From NCBI GenBank assembly GCA_963710755.1, contig CAVQBK010000004.1, positions 177,779-241,778 on the forward strand: 64,000 bases of DNA. Direction: 5' to 3'. The notes under the pieces were generated by a model. It was not told the DNA's origin. It worked only from the letters and a program-made list of their open reading frames with translations, and did not search any database. A program made the position numbers and the translations under genes. Positions within the stretch are counted from its first letter, which is position 1; every line of letters begins with the position of its first letter. Source of the DNA: an uncultured bacterium. GTDB taxonomy: Bacteria; Oederibacteriota; JAAXVQ01; JAUVAV01. Below are positions 49,205-62,200 of the stretch, in pieces.

Positions 49205-50581
49205 ATGAAGGCCAAGAAAAAAACGATCTTTGCCTGCCAAAGCTGCGGTGCCCAATCTTTGAAATGGGTGGGCCGCTGCTCGGAATGCGGCGCCTGGAAT
49301 ACCATGGTAGAGGAAGTGGTGACACCTAAGTCCGGGGGCGGCGCTTTTCAACCCGGGACCTCAGCCGGGGCACCGGTACCTTTGCACCAAGTCTCCACTG
49401 AGACCACTACCCGAATACCCACCCATATTCAGGAATTGGACAATGTTTTAGGCGGAGGCATTGTGCCCGGTTCTTTGGTGCTGGTGGGCGGCGATCCGGG
49501 TATTGGCAAATCTACTTTGCTACTGCAAATGGCCTTGCGCTTGGCCGCAAGCGGGAAGCGCATCTATTATGTCAGCGGAGAAGAGTCAGCCGGTCAGATT
49601 AAACTGCGTGCGAACCGTCTGGGCGTCACCCCGGACAGCCTCTGGGTCTACGGGGAAACCCAAACCGACCAAATCGAACATCTTGTGGGACAGGTCAAAC
49701 CGGATGTCCTCATCGTAGACTCCATCCAGACACTCAGTCATCCTGATATCGCATCTGTACCCGGGTCGGTCGCTCAAATTCGTGAATCAGGCGGCGTGCT
49801 GATGAAGATGGCCAAAAACCAGGGCCCAGCTGTTTTCCTGGTGGGGCATGTCACTAAAGACGGACAACTGGCCGGCCCACGGGTGTTGGAACATATGGTG
49901 GATACCGTGCTTTATTTTGAGGGGGACAAGCAGCACGACTACCGCATCCTGCGCAGCATTAAAAACCGCTTTGGCTCTACCAATGAAATCGGTATTTTTG
50001 AAATGGCGGCCAGCGGTTTAGCGCAAGTGGTAGATCCTTCTTCAGTATTTTTAAGTGAACGCCAGGCCGGCGCAGCCGGCTCCGTGGTAGCTTCCAGCCT
50101 GGAGGGCACGCGGCCCCTGCTGGTGGAGATCCAAGCGCTTGTAGCCACCGCTTATTTTGGCATGCCGCAACGGCGGGTATCAGGTCTGGATTATAACCGG
50201 GCTTGCTTGATGTTGGCGGTTTTAGAAAAAAGAGCCGGTTTATCTCTGGGTGCTCAGGATGTGTTTTTATCTATTGCCGGAGGGTTGGAAGTAGACGAAC
50301 CGGCCATGGATCTGGCCATGACCGCGGCTGTGGCTTCCAGCCTAAAAGACAAGCCGCTGCCGGCTGATACCGTGACCTTTGGCGAAGTAGGGCTGGGGGG
50401 TGAGATCCGGGCGGTAGTGCAGACGGAACGGCGGCTCCAGGAAATTCAAGCCAAGGGCTTCAAGCGCTGCGTACTGCCGGAAAGCAATCTAGGCAAGCTG
50501 AAGGATCACTTTGGCCTCGAGCTTATCGGCGTGGCCACGATTACGGAAGCCATGGCTGCGCTTTTTAGTCAGCAAGCTTAG
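49205..50581 (+). CDS. radA: DNA repair protein RadA/Sms
   Basis: CQSCG..CSEC zinc finger, GDPGIGKS, KNRFG, GEVGLGGE. Confidence 0.98.
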   Translation: MKAKKKTIFACQSCGAQSLKWVGRCSECGAWNTMVEEVVTPKSGGGAFQPGTSAGAPVPLHQVSTETTTRIPTHIQELDNVLGGGIVPGSLVLVGGDPGIGKSTLLLQMALRLAASGKRIYYVSGEESAGQIKLRANRLGVTPDSLWVYGETQTDQIEHLVGQVKPDVLIVDSIQTLSHPDIASVPGSVAQIRESGGVLMKMAKNQGPAVFLVGHVTKDGQLAGPRVLEHMVDTVLYFEGDKQHDYRILRSIKNRFGSTNEIGIFEMAASGLAQVVDPSSVFLSERQAGAAGSVVASSLEGTRPLLVEIQALVATAYFGMPQRRVSGLDYNRACLMLAVLEKRAGLSLGAQDVFLSIAGGLEVDEPAMDLAMTAAVASSLKDKPLPADTVTFGEVGLGGEIRAVVQTERRLQEIQAKGFKRCVLPESNLGKLKDHFGLELIGVATITEAMAALFSQQA

Positions 50582-51170
50582 CCGAAAAGCTGGAACAAGT
50601 GCAACCATTTCCGATTTTTCCATTGTTTTTCCTTACCTAAAAGTTAATGCCTCATTAATCAACCCTATTCCTGTACAATCGTAGAAGCGAACCCATCTAA
50701 AACTTAAAAAACAAGAAAATTTGCCTTTTGTAAGTATTTTGTAATTATTAATAAAATGATTTTGATTTTGTGAAAAAAATAAAAGTAAAATTAGATATCT
50801 TGTAAAAATTGCAACACTAAAATAATTTCCTTTAAAAATAAGCATAATTTTTAGAGCTGAAGGATTTTATTTTAAAAAAATTGAATGTTGGTAAAAAAAA
50901 CAGGTGTGTCAAAAACCGGAAAAAACCAGTGAATTTTTAAGTAGCTCTGAAAATGTTTCGAAAAAATCCTATTTTTAAAGGATATTGAATTTTCAGTCAA
51001 CTTTGAAATGCCATTTTTTGTATGCTATGCTTACTTTGAAAAAGGGTTGTAAAAATTATAAACCATACCTTTAAGGAGCACACATAGATGGATAGGGGCA
51101 TTAAAGGGGGGAGCGAGTATGACTAGGAGAAGCAATAACCGGCTTTTTGGAGATACAAGTCAAACCGTAA
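50582..51170. promoter_or_regulatory. Very AT-rich intergenic region of about 590 bp upstream of the giant repeat gene
   Basis: Many A and T tracts; sharp compositional contrast with the flanking genes. Confidence 0.6.
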
Positions 51171-51181
51171 GGAGCATCGCC

Positions 51182-53257
51182 ATGATGAGAAAACCTAATT
51201 GGTTGGGAACCCTGGCATTGATAGGGACATTCTTGATATGTCTGGGGTTATCCATGGCTTCGGCAGGGGTAATTGAGGACAAAGTGCTGCCCAACATTCT
51301 GCAGCAACTACAGGATGAAGGCAAAGAAGTCCAAAACTCCGCGGTTATCGACATGGGCGAAGAGTCGCAAATTGTCGTGACCATGAAAAATGGAGAGGTG
51401 CGCAAATACGACGGCCAGGGCCAGATTAAAGAAGTGGTTGATCCCAACGGCAAGAAGACGCTCTATGAAGACGGCCTGCCGGTCAAGCAACTGGATGCCC
51501 AGGGGGGGGTTATATCGGAGACCAAATATACCCGGCGCAACGGTAAAATCGTGCAATCCGTAGAGACCGGCCGTGCAGGTCTAGTGACCAAGATGTTTGA
51601 CCGCGACGGTAATATTATCCAGATGACCGATGCCCAAGGCACCAAAATTTTCAGCAATTATGTAAAAAATGCCAAAGGCAAAACCACGAGTTACAAAGAA
51701 ACCGACCTGGCCACCAATGAGACCGTGACCAAACTGCTCGATCCCAAAAGCGGCGAAGTCATCGGCAAGATTGATGCGAAAGGCATTAAAACCGAGATCG
51801 AAGTCAGAACCAATCAATTGGGAGAAAAAACAGAGACTATTGAGCGGTCCAGCAACGGAAAAATTGTCACCAAAAAATTTGTGGACGGCCAGATGGTGGA
51901 GAAAAACGAAAATGGCCAGGTGACCAAATATAAGAACATTGTCAATGGCCAAGGGATGCTGGTCAGTACCAAGGAAACCAAAATCGTCAAAACCCTGAAG
52001 GGCAGTTTCGAAGAAACGGTCACCAAAGATTATGATGAAGTAGGCCGTATTTCTAAGCTGGTAGATGCAAAAGGGATTCATGAATTCACCTATGAAGTGG
52101 ACGGCAACGGCCGGGTGGTGGGGCGCCGGGAAAAATTACGTGCCAAAGAAAACGAACCAGCCAAAACCATCTATCAAAAATACAATGAATTCGGTCAAGT
52201 GGTGATGCTGATTGAAGACGGCAAACAAACCAATACAGATTATGTGTTGGATGACGCCGGCAATATTTTGAAGTCCACGGAAACCATATCCTTCCAGTTT
52301 GGCAACCAGACGGCGACGGACAAGATTACCAAGGAATATGACAAGCAAGGGCACGTGGTCGCTGAAGTTAACGGCATAGGCCAACGCACGGAATATACTT
52401 ATGATGGCAACGGCAATCAGGTGACCGTTAAAAAAGAACATGAATTTACCCAAAATGTCTACGATGAACATGACAACCTGCTTTACAGCACCACCAAGGA
52501 CCATAAAAGCACGACGATCACCTATTATGATGTTAAAACCAAATTGGCCACCAAAAAAGTGCACATTAGCAACAGCGGTGTGGTGGAAAATACCATTTAT
52601 GGTCTTAATGGCAATGGGGAACGGACCGCCGTGACTGTTACGGCTTTTGGCATCAAAACCGCGGTTACCCTCAATAATCAAAGCGACCAACCTAAACACG
52701 TGGTCTTCGTTAAAAATAATGGAAAAACCGTTACCACTGATTATCAATACGCCGGCGATCATATGCTCTCCAGCAAAGAAGTGGGGCCGGACGGCATCAC
52801 GGAAACTATCTACAATATTTATGGCAAGCCCAAAGAGTCGGCCCGGATGGATCAATTTGGGCGGGAATACTTCACGGACTACCAATACCAGAACGGTAAA
52901 ATGGTCTCGTCCATCCAAACGGACAAGAAGGGCACCACCACCACTAAATTTAATGAATTCGAAGATCCTGATACCATCGTGCGCATCAATGTGATCGGTT
53001 ATCCCCGTAAATCCGTGGAAAAACGTATGTATAAAGACGGCATGCTCTCCGAAAGCGAATCGACCGACGTGAAAGGCAGAAGTCTGACGTATTATAATGA
53101 ACATGAATTGGCTGCCCGGGTGCATCGCATCAACAAACACGGATTCCCCCGGGAGCACTGGGTGACTAATATCTATGATCAGGGGGGGAGATCAACCGCA
53201 GTGTTCAGGATGACAATCGCGGTCAGACCAATAACTGGTTTGACAAAGACGGCCTGA
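51182..53257 (+). CDS. Giant secreted YD/RHS-like repeat protein, N-terminal part (frame lost at G7 tract 53182-53188)
   Basis: AAGGAG RBS; Sec-type signal peptide MMRKPNWLGTLALIGTFLICLGLSMASA; repeated YDxxG hairpin motifs (YDGQGQI, YDEVGRI, YDKQGHV, YDGNGNQ). Confidence 0.85.
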   Translation: MMRKPNWLGTLALIGTFLICLGLSMASAGVIEDKVLPNILQQLQDEGKEVQNSAVIDMGEESQIVVTMKNGEVRKYDGQGQIKEVVDPNGKKTLYEDGLPVKQLDAQGGVISETKYTRRNGKIVQSVETGRAGLVTKMFDRDGNIIQMTDAQGTKIFSNYVKNAKGKTTSYKETDLATNETVTKLLDPKSGEVIGKIDAKGIKTEIEVRTNQLGEKTETIERSSNGKIVTKKFVDGQMVEKNENGQVTKYKNIVNGQGMLVSTKETKIVKTLKGSFEETVTKDYDEVGRISKLVDAKGIHEFTYEVDGNGRVVGRREKLRAKENEPAKTIYQKYNEFGQVVMLIEDGKQTNTDYVLDDAGNILKSTETISFQFGNQTATDKITKEYDKQGHVVAEVNGIGQRTEYTYDGNGNQVTVKKEHEFTQNVYDEHDNLLYSTTKDHKSTTITYYDVKTKLATKKVHISNSGVVENTIYGLNGNGERTAVTVTAFGIKTAVTLNNQSDQPKHVVFVKNNGKTVTTDYQYAGDHMLSSKEVGPDGITETIYNIYGKPKESARMDQFGREYFTDYQYQNGKMVSSIQTDKKGTTTTKFNEFEDPDTIVRINVIGYPRKSVEKRMYKDGMLSESESTDVKGRSLTYYNEHELAARVHRINKHGFPREHWVTNIYDQGGRSTAVFRMTIAVRPITGLTKTA

Positions 53258-56200
53258 TGACCAAGAGTGTGCGCACTGATTTGCATGGCTATCCCCGGGT
53301 CAAAACCACCACCTATGAGTATGAAAAAGGGGAATTGGTCCAGAGCACCAGCAAAGATGAACGGGGTACCAGCGTTAACACCTTTGATGTGGATGGACTG
53401 ATGACCAAGAGCGTGCGCACCAAGCTCTTTGGCTATCCGCGGGTGGAAACCACCACCTATGAATATGATAAGGATGCCTATATGACTGCCAGCAAGGAGA
53501 CCGATGAAAACGGGACCACGCAAAGCTGGTATTCCATTGACGAAGTAGTTACGGTTTCCAACCGTAAAAACTTATACGGCCATGCCCGCGAGCAATGGAC
53601 TGTTTTCGATTATGATGACTTGGGCTATATGACCTGGAGCAAACAGTCCGATCTGCGGGGCGTCACGGTCACCAATTATAATATTGATAGTCTGGCGGTC
53701 AATTCCACCCGCTATGACAAGTACGGCGTGCTTTTCAGCCGCAACACCATGACCAACAATCAGTATGACGACAAAGGCTTTTTGACCGAATCGCTGAGCA
53801 AGAACTTAATGGGCACCACTCACAAGACGTTTGATAAGGACGGCTTGACCACCAGAACAGTTCAAAACGACACGTACGGCATTCATGGTGCCCAGAAAAA
53901 AGTCACGGATCACTATGTTTATGATGGCCATGGTAAAATGCAGACCAGCATTACCAACGATCAAACCGGCACTACTTACAGCAACTATGATATTGATGGA
54001 GACGCGGTCAAGACCCGGCGTGAAGCTCACTATGGTTTACTAGGCGCCCGCATCAGTTTGACTGAATCCGCGTTTGATTCGGACACGGGCATTACCACCC
54101 ACACCAAAACCATCAATCAATCCACCGAGGGCAAACTACTCAATACTACCGTGACTGATGTATATGATCCGCGCTATGGCGTGGCCCTGCATACCTTAAC
54201 CACCAATGAATATGGTCTTGGCTTTGCCAAGGTCAGCGAGACCAAAAATATACCCAATTTATTCAACGGTCAAAACAAGGAAACCAATAATGTCAGCCGC
54301 GATGAGAACGGCAATGTGCTCAGCCGCACCACCACCCAATACAAGGATATGAGCACGGGCGTGGCCAAATCCAGCCAGACCACCAACACCTTTGGCATCG
54401 GCGCCGCCAAGGAAAGCGTGATTCGTGAAGGGAACATGAAGGTCAATGAATTTAACGGCCTTAATCAATACACCAAATCAGAGAGCAAAGCCGCTGTGGT
54501 GGAGACATGGTTTAAGGATGACACGACCGGGGTGGCTAAGGAAAGCCGCACGGTCAACACCTATGGTATCGGCGCAGCCAAGGAAAGCTGGATTAAAGAA
54601 GCGGATATGAAGGTCAACGAATTTAACGGCCTCAATCAATACACCAAATCGGTCAGCAAAGCGGCCACTACGGAAACCTGGTATGATGATAAGCAATTTG
54701 GTGTGGCGACAGCCAGCAAAACGCAGAATCATTTCGGGATCGGTGCGGCAGAGTGGAGTTATATGAATAGTGATGGTAAGGGTGTTCTGGAAGTTAATAC
54801 AGATACGGGGTTGAACCAACATACAATTTCTGTGAGTGAGGCTGCGACCACGGAAACCTGGTATGATGATAAGCAATTTGGTGTGGCGACAGCCAGCAAA
54901 ACACAGAATCATTTCGGGATCGGTGCGGCAGAGTGGAGTTATATGAATAGTGATGGTAAGGGTGTTCTGGAAGTTAATACAGATACGGGGTTGAACCAAC
55001 ATACGATTTCTGTGAGTGAGGCTGCGACCACGGAAACTATTTATGATGACAAGGAATTTGGTGTGGCAACGGCCAGCAAAACGTACAATAAATTTGGAAT
55101 AGGCGCATCTTTGGACAGCACCATGGGGCTGGACGGACCGGGAATACTGGAAGTCAACACCTATACAGGATTGAACCAACATACGATATCTGTGAGTGAG
55201 GCTGCGACCACGGAAACTATTTATGATGACAAGAAATATGGAGTAGCAACAGCCAGCAAAACGCACAATAAATTTGGAATAGGCGCATCTTTGGACAGCG
55301 CGATGGGGTGGGGCGGCCAAGGGCTGCTGGAAGTGAATACCTATACGGGGTTGAACCAACATACGATTTCGGTGAGCGAGGCTGCGACTACGGAAACTAT
55401 TTATGATGACAAGGAATTTGGTGTGGCAACGGCCAGCAAAACGCAGAACCATTTTGGAATCGGTGCGGCAGAGTGGAGTTATATGAATAGTGATGGCAAG
55501 GGTATTCTGGAAGTCAACACCTATACCGGGTTGAACCAACATACAATTTCTGTGAGTGAGGCTGCGACCACGGAAACCTGGTATGATGATAAGCAATTTG
55601 GTGTGGCGACAGCCAGCAAAACGCAGAACCATTTTGGAATCGGTGCGGCAGAGTGGAGTTATATGAATAGTGATGGCAAGGGTATTCTGGAAGTCAATAC
55701 CTACACCGGCTTGAATACGCACACCATATCGGAGAGCGAGGCTGCGACCACGGAAACCATTTATGATGACAAGGAATTTGGAGTAGCGACAGCCAGCAAA
55801 ACGCACAATAAATTTGGGATAGGCGCATCTTTGGACAGCACCATGGGGCTGGACGGACCGGGGATACTGGAAGTCAACACCTATACAGGGTTGAACCAAC
55901 ATACGATTTCTGTGAGTGAGGCTGCGACCACGGAAACCATTTATGATGATAAGCAATTTGGTGTGGCGACAGCCAGCAAAACGCACAATAAATTTGGGAT
56001 AGGCGCATCTTTGGACAGCACCATGGGGCTGGACGGACCGGGGATACTGGAAGTGAATACCTACACGGGGTTGAATACACACACCCTATCCGTGAGCAAC
56101 GCGGCGACCACGGAGACGAAATATGATGACCAGAAGTATGGCGTGGCGACGGCGAGCAAGACACACAACACCTATGGCATCGGCGCGGCTCTGGACAGCG

Positions 56201-59200
56201 CCATGGGGCTGGGCGGCCAAGGGCTACTGGAAGTGAATACCTACACGGGGTTGAATACACACACCATATCCGTGAGCAACGCGGCGACCACGGAGACGAA
56301 ATATGATGACCAGAAGTATGGCGTGGCGACGGCGAGCAAGACACACAACACCTATGGCATCGGCGCGGCTCAAGACAGCGCGATGGGGTGGGGCGGCCAA
56401 GGGCTGCTGGAAGTGAATACCTACACGGGGTTGAATACACACACCATATCCGTGAGCAACGCGGCGACCACGGAGACGAAATATGATGACCAGAAGTATG
56501 GCGTGGCGACGGCGAGCAAGACACACAACACCTATGGCATCGGCGCGGCTCAAGACAGCGCGATGGGGTGGGGCGGCCAAGGGCTGCTGGAAGTGAATAC
56601 CTACACGGGGTTGAATACACACACCATATCCGTGAGCAACGCGGCGACCACGGAGACGAAATATGATGACCAGAAGTATGGCGTGGCGACGGCGAGCAAG
56701 ACGCACAACACCTATGGCATCGGCGCGGCTCAAGACAGCGCGATGGGGTGGGGCGGCCAAGGGCTGCTGGAAGTGAATACCTACACGGGGTTGAATACAC
56801 ACACCATATCCGTGAGCAACGCGGCGACCACGGAGACGAAATATGATGACCAGAAGTATGGCGTGGCGACGGCGAGCAAGACACACAACACCTATGGCAT
56901 CGGCGCGGCTCGAGACAGCGCGATGGGGTGGGGCGGCCAAGGGCTGCTGGAAGTGAATACCTACACGGGGTTGAATACACACACCATATCCGTGAGCAAC
57001 GCGGCGACCACGGAGACGAAATATGATGACCAGAAGTATGGCGTGGCGACGGCGAGCAAGACGCACAACACCTATGGTATCGGCGCGGCTCGAGACAGCG
57101 CGATGGGGTGGGGCGGCCAAGGGCTGCTGGAAGTGAATACCTACACGGGGTTGAATACACACACCATATCCGTGAGCAACGCGGCGACCACGGAGACGAA
57201 ATATGATGACCAGAAGTATGGCGTGGCGACGGCGAGCAAGACACACAACACCTATGGCATCGGCGCGGCTCAAGACAGCGCGATGGGGTGGGGCGGCCAA
57301 GGGCTGCTGGAAGTGAATACCTACACGGGGTTGAATACACACACCATATCCGTGAGCAACGCGGCGACCACGGAGACGAAATATGATGACCAGAAGTATG
57401 GCGTGGCGACGGCGAGCAAGACGCACAACACCTATGGCATCGGCGCGGCTCGAGACAGCGCGATGGGGTGGGGCGGCCAAGGGCTGCTGGAAGTGAATAC
57501 CTACACGGGGTTGAATACACACACCATATCCGTGAGCAACGCGGCGACCACGGAGACGAAATATGATGACCAGAAGTATGGCGTGGCGACGGCGAGCAAG
57601 ACACACAACACCTATGGCATCGGCGCGGCTCAAGACAGCGCGATGGGGTGGGGCGGCCAAGGGCTGCTGGAAGTGAATACCTACACGGGGTTGAATACAC
57701 ACACCATATCCGTGAGCAACGCGGCGACCACGGAGACGAAATATGATGACCAGAAGTATGGCGTGGCGACGGCGAGCAAGACACACAACACCTATGGCAT
57801 CGGCGCGGCTCAAGACAGCGCGATGGGGTGGGGCGGCCAAGGGCTGCTGGAAGTGAATACCTACACGGGGTTGAATACACACACCATATCCGTGAGCAAC
57901 GCGGCGACCACGGAGACGAAATATGATGACCAGAAGTATGGCGTGGCGACGGCGAGCAAGACACACAACACCTATGGCATCGGCGCGGCTCAAGACAGCG
58001 CGATGGGGTGGGGCGGCCAAGGGCTGCTGGAAGTGAATACCTACACGGGGTTGAATACACACACCATATCCGTGAGCAACGCGGCGACCACGGAGACGAA
58101 ATATGATGACCAGAAGTATGGCGTGGCGACGGCGAGCAAGACGCACAACACCTATGGTATCGGCGCATCATTGGACAGCGCGATGGGGTGGGGCGGCCAA
58201 GGGCTGCTGGAAGTGAATACCTACACGGGGTTGAATACACACACCATATCCGTGAGCAACGCGGCGACCACGGAGACGAAATATGATGACCAGAAGTATG
58301 GCGTGGCGACGGCGAGCAAGACGCACAACACCTATGGCATTGGCGCGGCCAAGATCGTCAATACAAAAATTACGGCCGATACCTTTACAGGTCTCAATCA
58401 AACCACGGTGGCCACCAGCGCGGCGGCAACGACGACTACTCAGTTTGACCATCAGGATACAGGCGTTCCTCTCACCAGCCAGACGGATAATAACTATGGT
58501 ATCGGTGCTGCCAAACATGTAGACACAGTAATCACGGCCGATACCTTCACCGGATTGAATCAAACGACCGTTGCCACCAGCGCGGCGGCCAAGACCACCA
58601 CCCACTACGACCACCCGGCTACTGGGGTCGCCCTCAACAGCGAAACGATCAACACTTATGGCATCGGTGCCGCCAAGAATGTCACCACCCAGATTACGGC
58701 CGATAAGTATACCGGGTTGAATATTTCCACCCGGGCGGTCAGTGATGCCAGCACGGTGGAAACCTGGTATGAAAATACCACCAGTGGTGTTCCTTGGCAG
58801 TCACACACCATGGGCAACTATGGTCTGTACGGCGCCCGGGATACGTGGATTCATCAGGGGAATATGCAGGTTGATGAGTTCACCGGCCAGAATATTTACA
58901 CCAAGGCCGTCAATAGTTTGGCCACCACTGAATCGTGGTATCATCATGAAAGCACGGGCGTTCTCTCCCAATCATCGACCACCAACAATTATGGCATTCT
59001 TGATGCGCGGGTATCGGTGATAGCGCCGGAAGACCTCCAAGTCAACACCTATACCGGCCAGAACGAAGTTACGCGTTCCGTCAGTAAGGCGGCCATTACT
59101 AAAACTTGGTATAAAGACGGCTCCACCGGGGTTGCCACCAGGAGTCATACGATCAACACCTGTGGCATTGGCGCTTCCATAGATAACACCGCCGATATAC

Positions 59201-62200
59201 AGGTTAATGAGTATACCGGACTGAATCAATTCACCAAATCCACAAACGCCGCGGCCACTATTTCCACGTGGTACAAAGACACCAGTACCGGTGTGGCCAG
59301 GGCTTCCGTGACCATCAATAACTACGGACTCGAGGGAGCGGCCCGCAGTGTGGTGAGCGACGGCAATATGCAGGTCAATGAAACCACGGGCATCAATATT
59401 TATTCCAAAGCCGTCAGCGCGATCAACACCACCAAGACCTGGTACGAGGGTACTTATGGCACGGCCACCACTACTAAGACTAAAAACAATTATGGTCTGA
59501 CCGATGCGGCGGAAACCACGACCGTCAACACTGTGGATGTGAACAACGGCTTGAATATTGCCACCACCGCCTACAATTTACTGTCCACGGTTATCTCCAA
59601 TTACGAGCATGCGACCACCGGCCTGATTATAGATAGTACAACTTATAATAAGTACGGCGCCAGCCGCGCTGACGTGGGCGGCTATACTCATACTACCTTT
59701 GAAAACAATACGTTTACTGGCTTGAATACCATCAGCCAGGCCAATACTTATGTGGGTAGCAAATTAATGAGCATTGTCTACAGCAATTTCCACCCTCAAT
59801 ATGGAACGGCCGAGACGACCTTGACGGCCAACCAGACCGGGGCCACCTATGCGCGCAATACCTATACGACCAATGCCGTGGATCATTACACGGGCATCAA
59901 TAATTCCAGCGTGGCCGTGAATCAGATGAACACCACCACCACTTGGTATGATCCCAAGTATGGTGCAGCTTATAAATCCGTGACCAACGGCAATTATGGT
60001 ACGCTGGGCAGCCGTACGACCAATTCGACCTTGCAGACCAGCACGGCCACCGGAATGACCCAGAAAAGCTATTCCACCACGGCCCTTACCGAAGCCTGGG
60101 CGGATTTTGATGGAGTGACGGGATTGCAGAGCAAATCTACCACCCATCTTTTGGATAGCAACAGCAACTTGGAAGGTGCTTTGTGGAGTGAAACTACCTA
60201 TAGTTATAATAATTATGGCATTATGCAGCAATCCTCACAACGTAATCAACTGGGGGTAACCACCACCAAATATGATGAGGAAGGTCTCTCGTGTTGGAGC
60301 CAAAATACATCTGCCTATGGTCTGGCCAAGTACACCATCAGCGACATAACTGTCTTTCAGGAAACAGGCATGAACAAGGAAGTGACCGCCAGTTCCTATT
60401 CCCGCATGAATGGCGCACAGTTCTCCACCACCACTACCGAGTATGATATGAGCTACGGGCTGCCGACATCCATGAAAACCGTGAACAGCACCGGCGCCTA
60501 CTATTCCCGGGAGACCATTACCAGCCAAATTGTAAATAACACCTACAATGGCAACAAACAGCATACTTATTCCTACAACCAAATGGGCAGCACCCAGACC
60601 TGGTATGATGCGCGGGGTGTGGAAGTGACTTCTGTTAACAACAGCAATTACGGACCGGGGTATGGGCGGAACACCACTACCTACACCACCAACTACAATA
60701 TCAAGACCGGCATCAAGCGTGAAACCTATTCCATCAATAACCTGAACCGGTACTACAGCCATTTCGATGAGAATGGTCTGCCCGGAAATACCAGCGCTTC
60801 GGCCTCCAATACCGGCAAATCGCTGCCTGGTTCAGGTGCGCTTTACCAGGAAAAAGAATCGTTCTTCGGGCCGGCTGACGGCAATAAAATTGAAACCACC
60901 TATGTACAGTCCGTACACTTTAACGGCGTACCGGCGGTGATGAGTACGTACAGCGAAATCAGCACCTCCCAAGTGGTGCAGGATGAGAACGGCCGTCCCC
61001 GTGAAACCCGTACGTCCAATGTATACGGTGCCAATGGTGATCAGAGCACGCGTACCGGCAATTACCAAGTGGATTCCAACACCGGGCAAGTGCTCGCCAG
61101 CACCACCTACAAATGCAATGGTGATAGAAGCAGCAGCACGTACGATGGTAATTGTGGCTTTATCAAGAGTACCACCAGTTACAGTGCCAAGGATGATGCC
61201 ACCACCTATACGGTGACGCGAAGTGTAGATACCAATACCAACCAATTGCTGCAGACTTACACTACCGGTAAAAACAATTATCAGAAAATCAGTAATAACG
61301 ATTATAACGGCCGGGCTGTGGATGCTTTGACCGCGCATGATAAAAAAGTGGGCAAGAAACGTAAGACCGAAATGTACAAGAGTGTATACACGGTCAACAA
61401 CTGGACTGGCTTATTGAAAAAAGAAGAACGCTATCCCATTGCCAACTCGGAATATAAGATTATTTACTATGATGTCAATGGTGTGGAAAACAAGAGCATG
61501 ACGCAAATGTATGACTGGCCGGAAAGAGCCCAGGAACATATCATTACCTACAATCCCGGCGGCGGCGGGGTGATCGCTTCCGCAGCCGGCAGCAGCGGCG
61601 ACGATCTTCCGGTCAGCGAGTCTGTTCAGATTGGTAGTGTGATGACTGCGGAAAGGACCGGTTTGAAAGCCATTGACAATAACCAGGACCGGAAGTATCT
61701 CTACCAGGAAGAAACCGTCAACTACCTGGATAAACAATACTACTCCAGTCAACATGTGGTGTATACCCTGGGTGAGGAAGGGCCGGTATCCGCCGTGGCC
61801 AGCGACAGCAAAGGCAGCGAGCAGATGCTGTACACCGGCGGCGGTTATGATCAGATTAATATGCTGGGCAAACAGAGGGTGGACAAGGGCGGTGCTACCA
61901 CCCTTTGGGAATATGCGGATGATGGGGGAGACAATGTCAAGTTCCATCAATCGGCCAACATCACCTATTCTAATCTTGATGGTATTCATAATGGCAGCGG
62001 TACGGAAAGCTACACCAAGTCCGGCATTATGACATCCCGCAGCATGAAAAACAGCAACAGCCTGGACGAAACCATTACCTATCAAAACGACGGCACTTAT
62101 CTGACCGCCGCCAGCGGAAGCAGGGAAGACGGGGTCACTACATCTTATACATTCGGCGGCGCCGATGATATCCTGGAAAGCAGTGATGACAAGGGTGTTA

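Noticed and set aside
50846-50860. TTTTAGAGCT resembling a type II CRISPR repeat or tracrRNA
   Set aside because: Single short match in AT-rich DNA; no array and no cas9
56101-58350. Diversity-generating retroelement suggested by A/G variants (CAA/CGA, ACA/ACG)
   Set aside because: No reverse transcriptase or template repeat; too few variable sites, and C/T variants also occur
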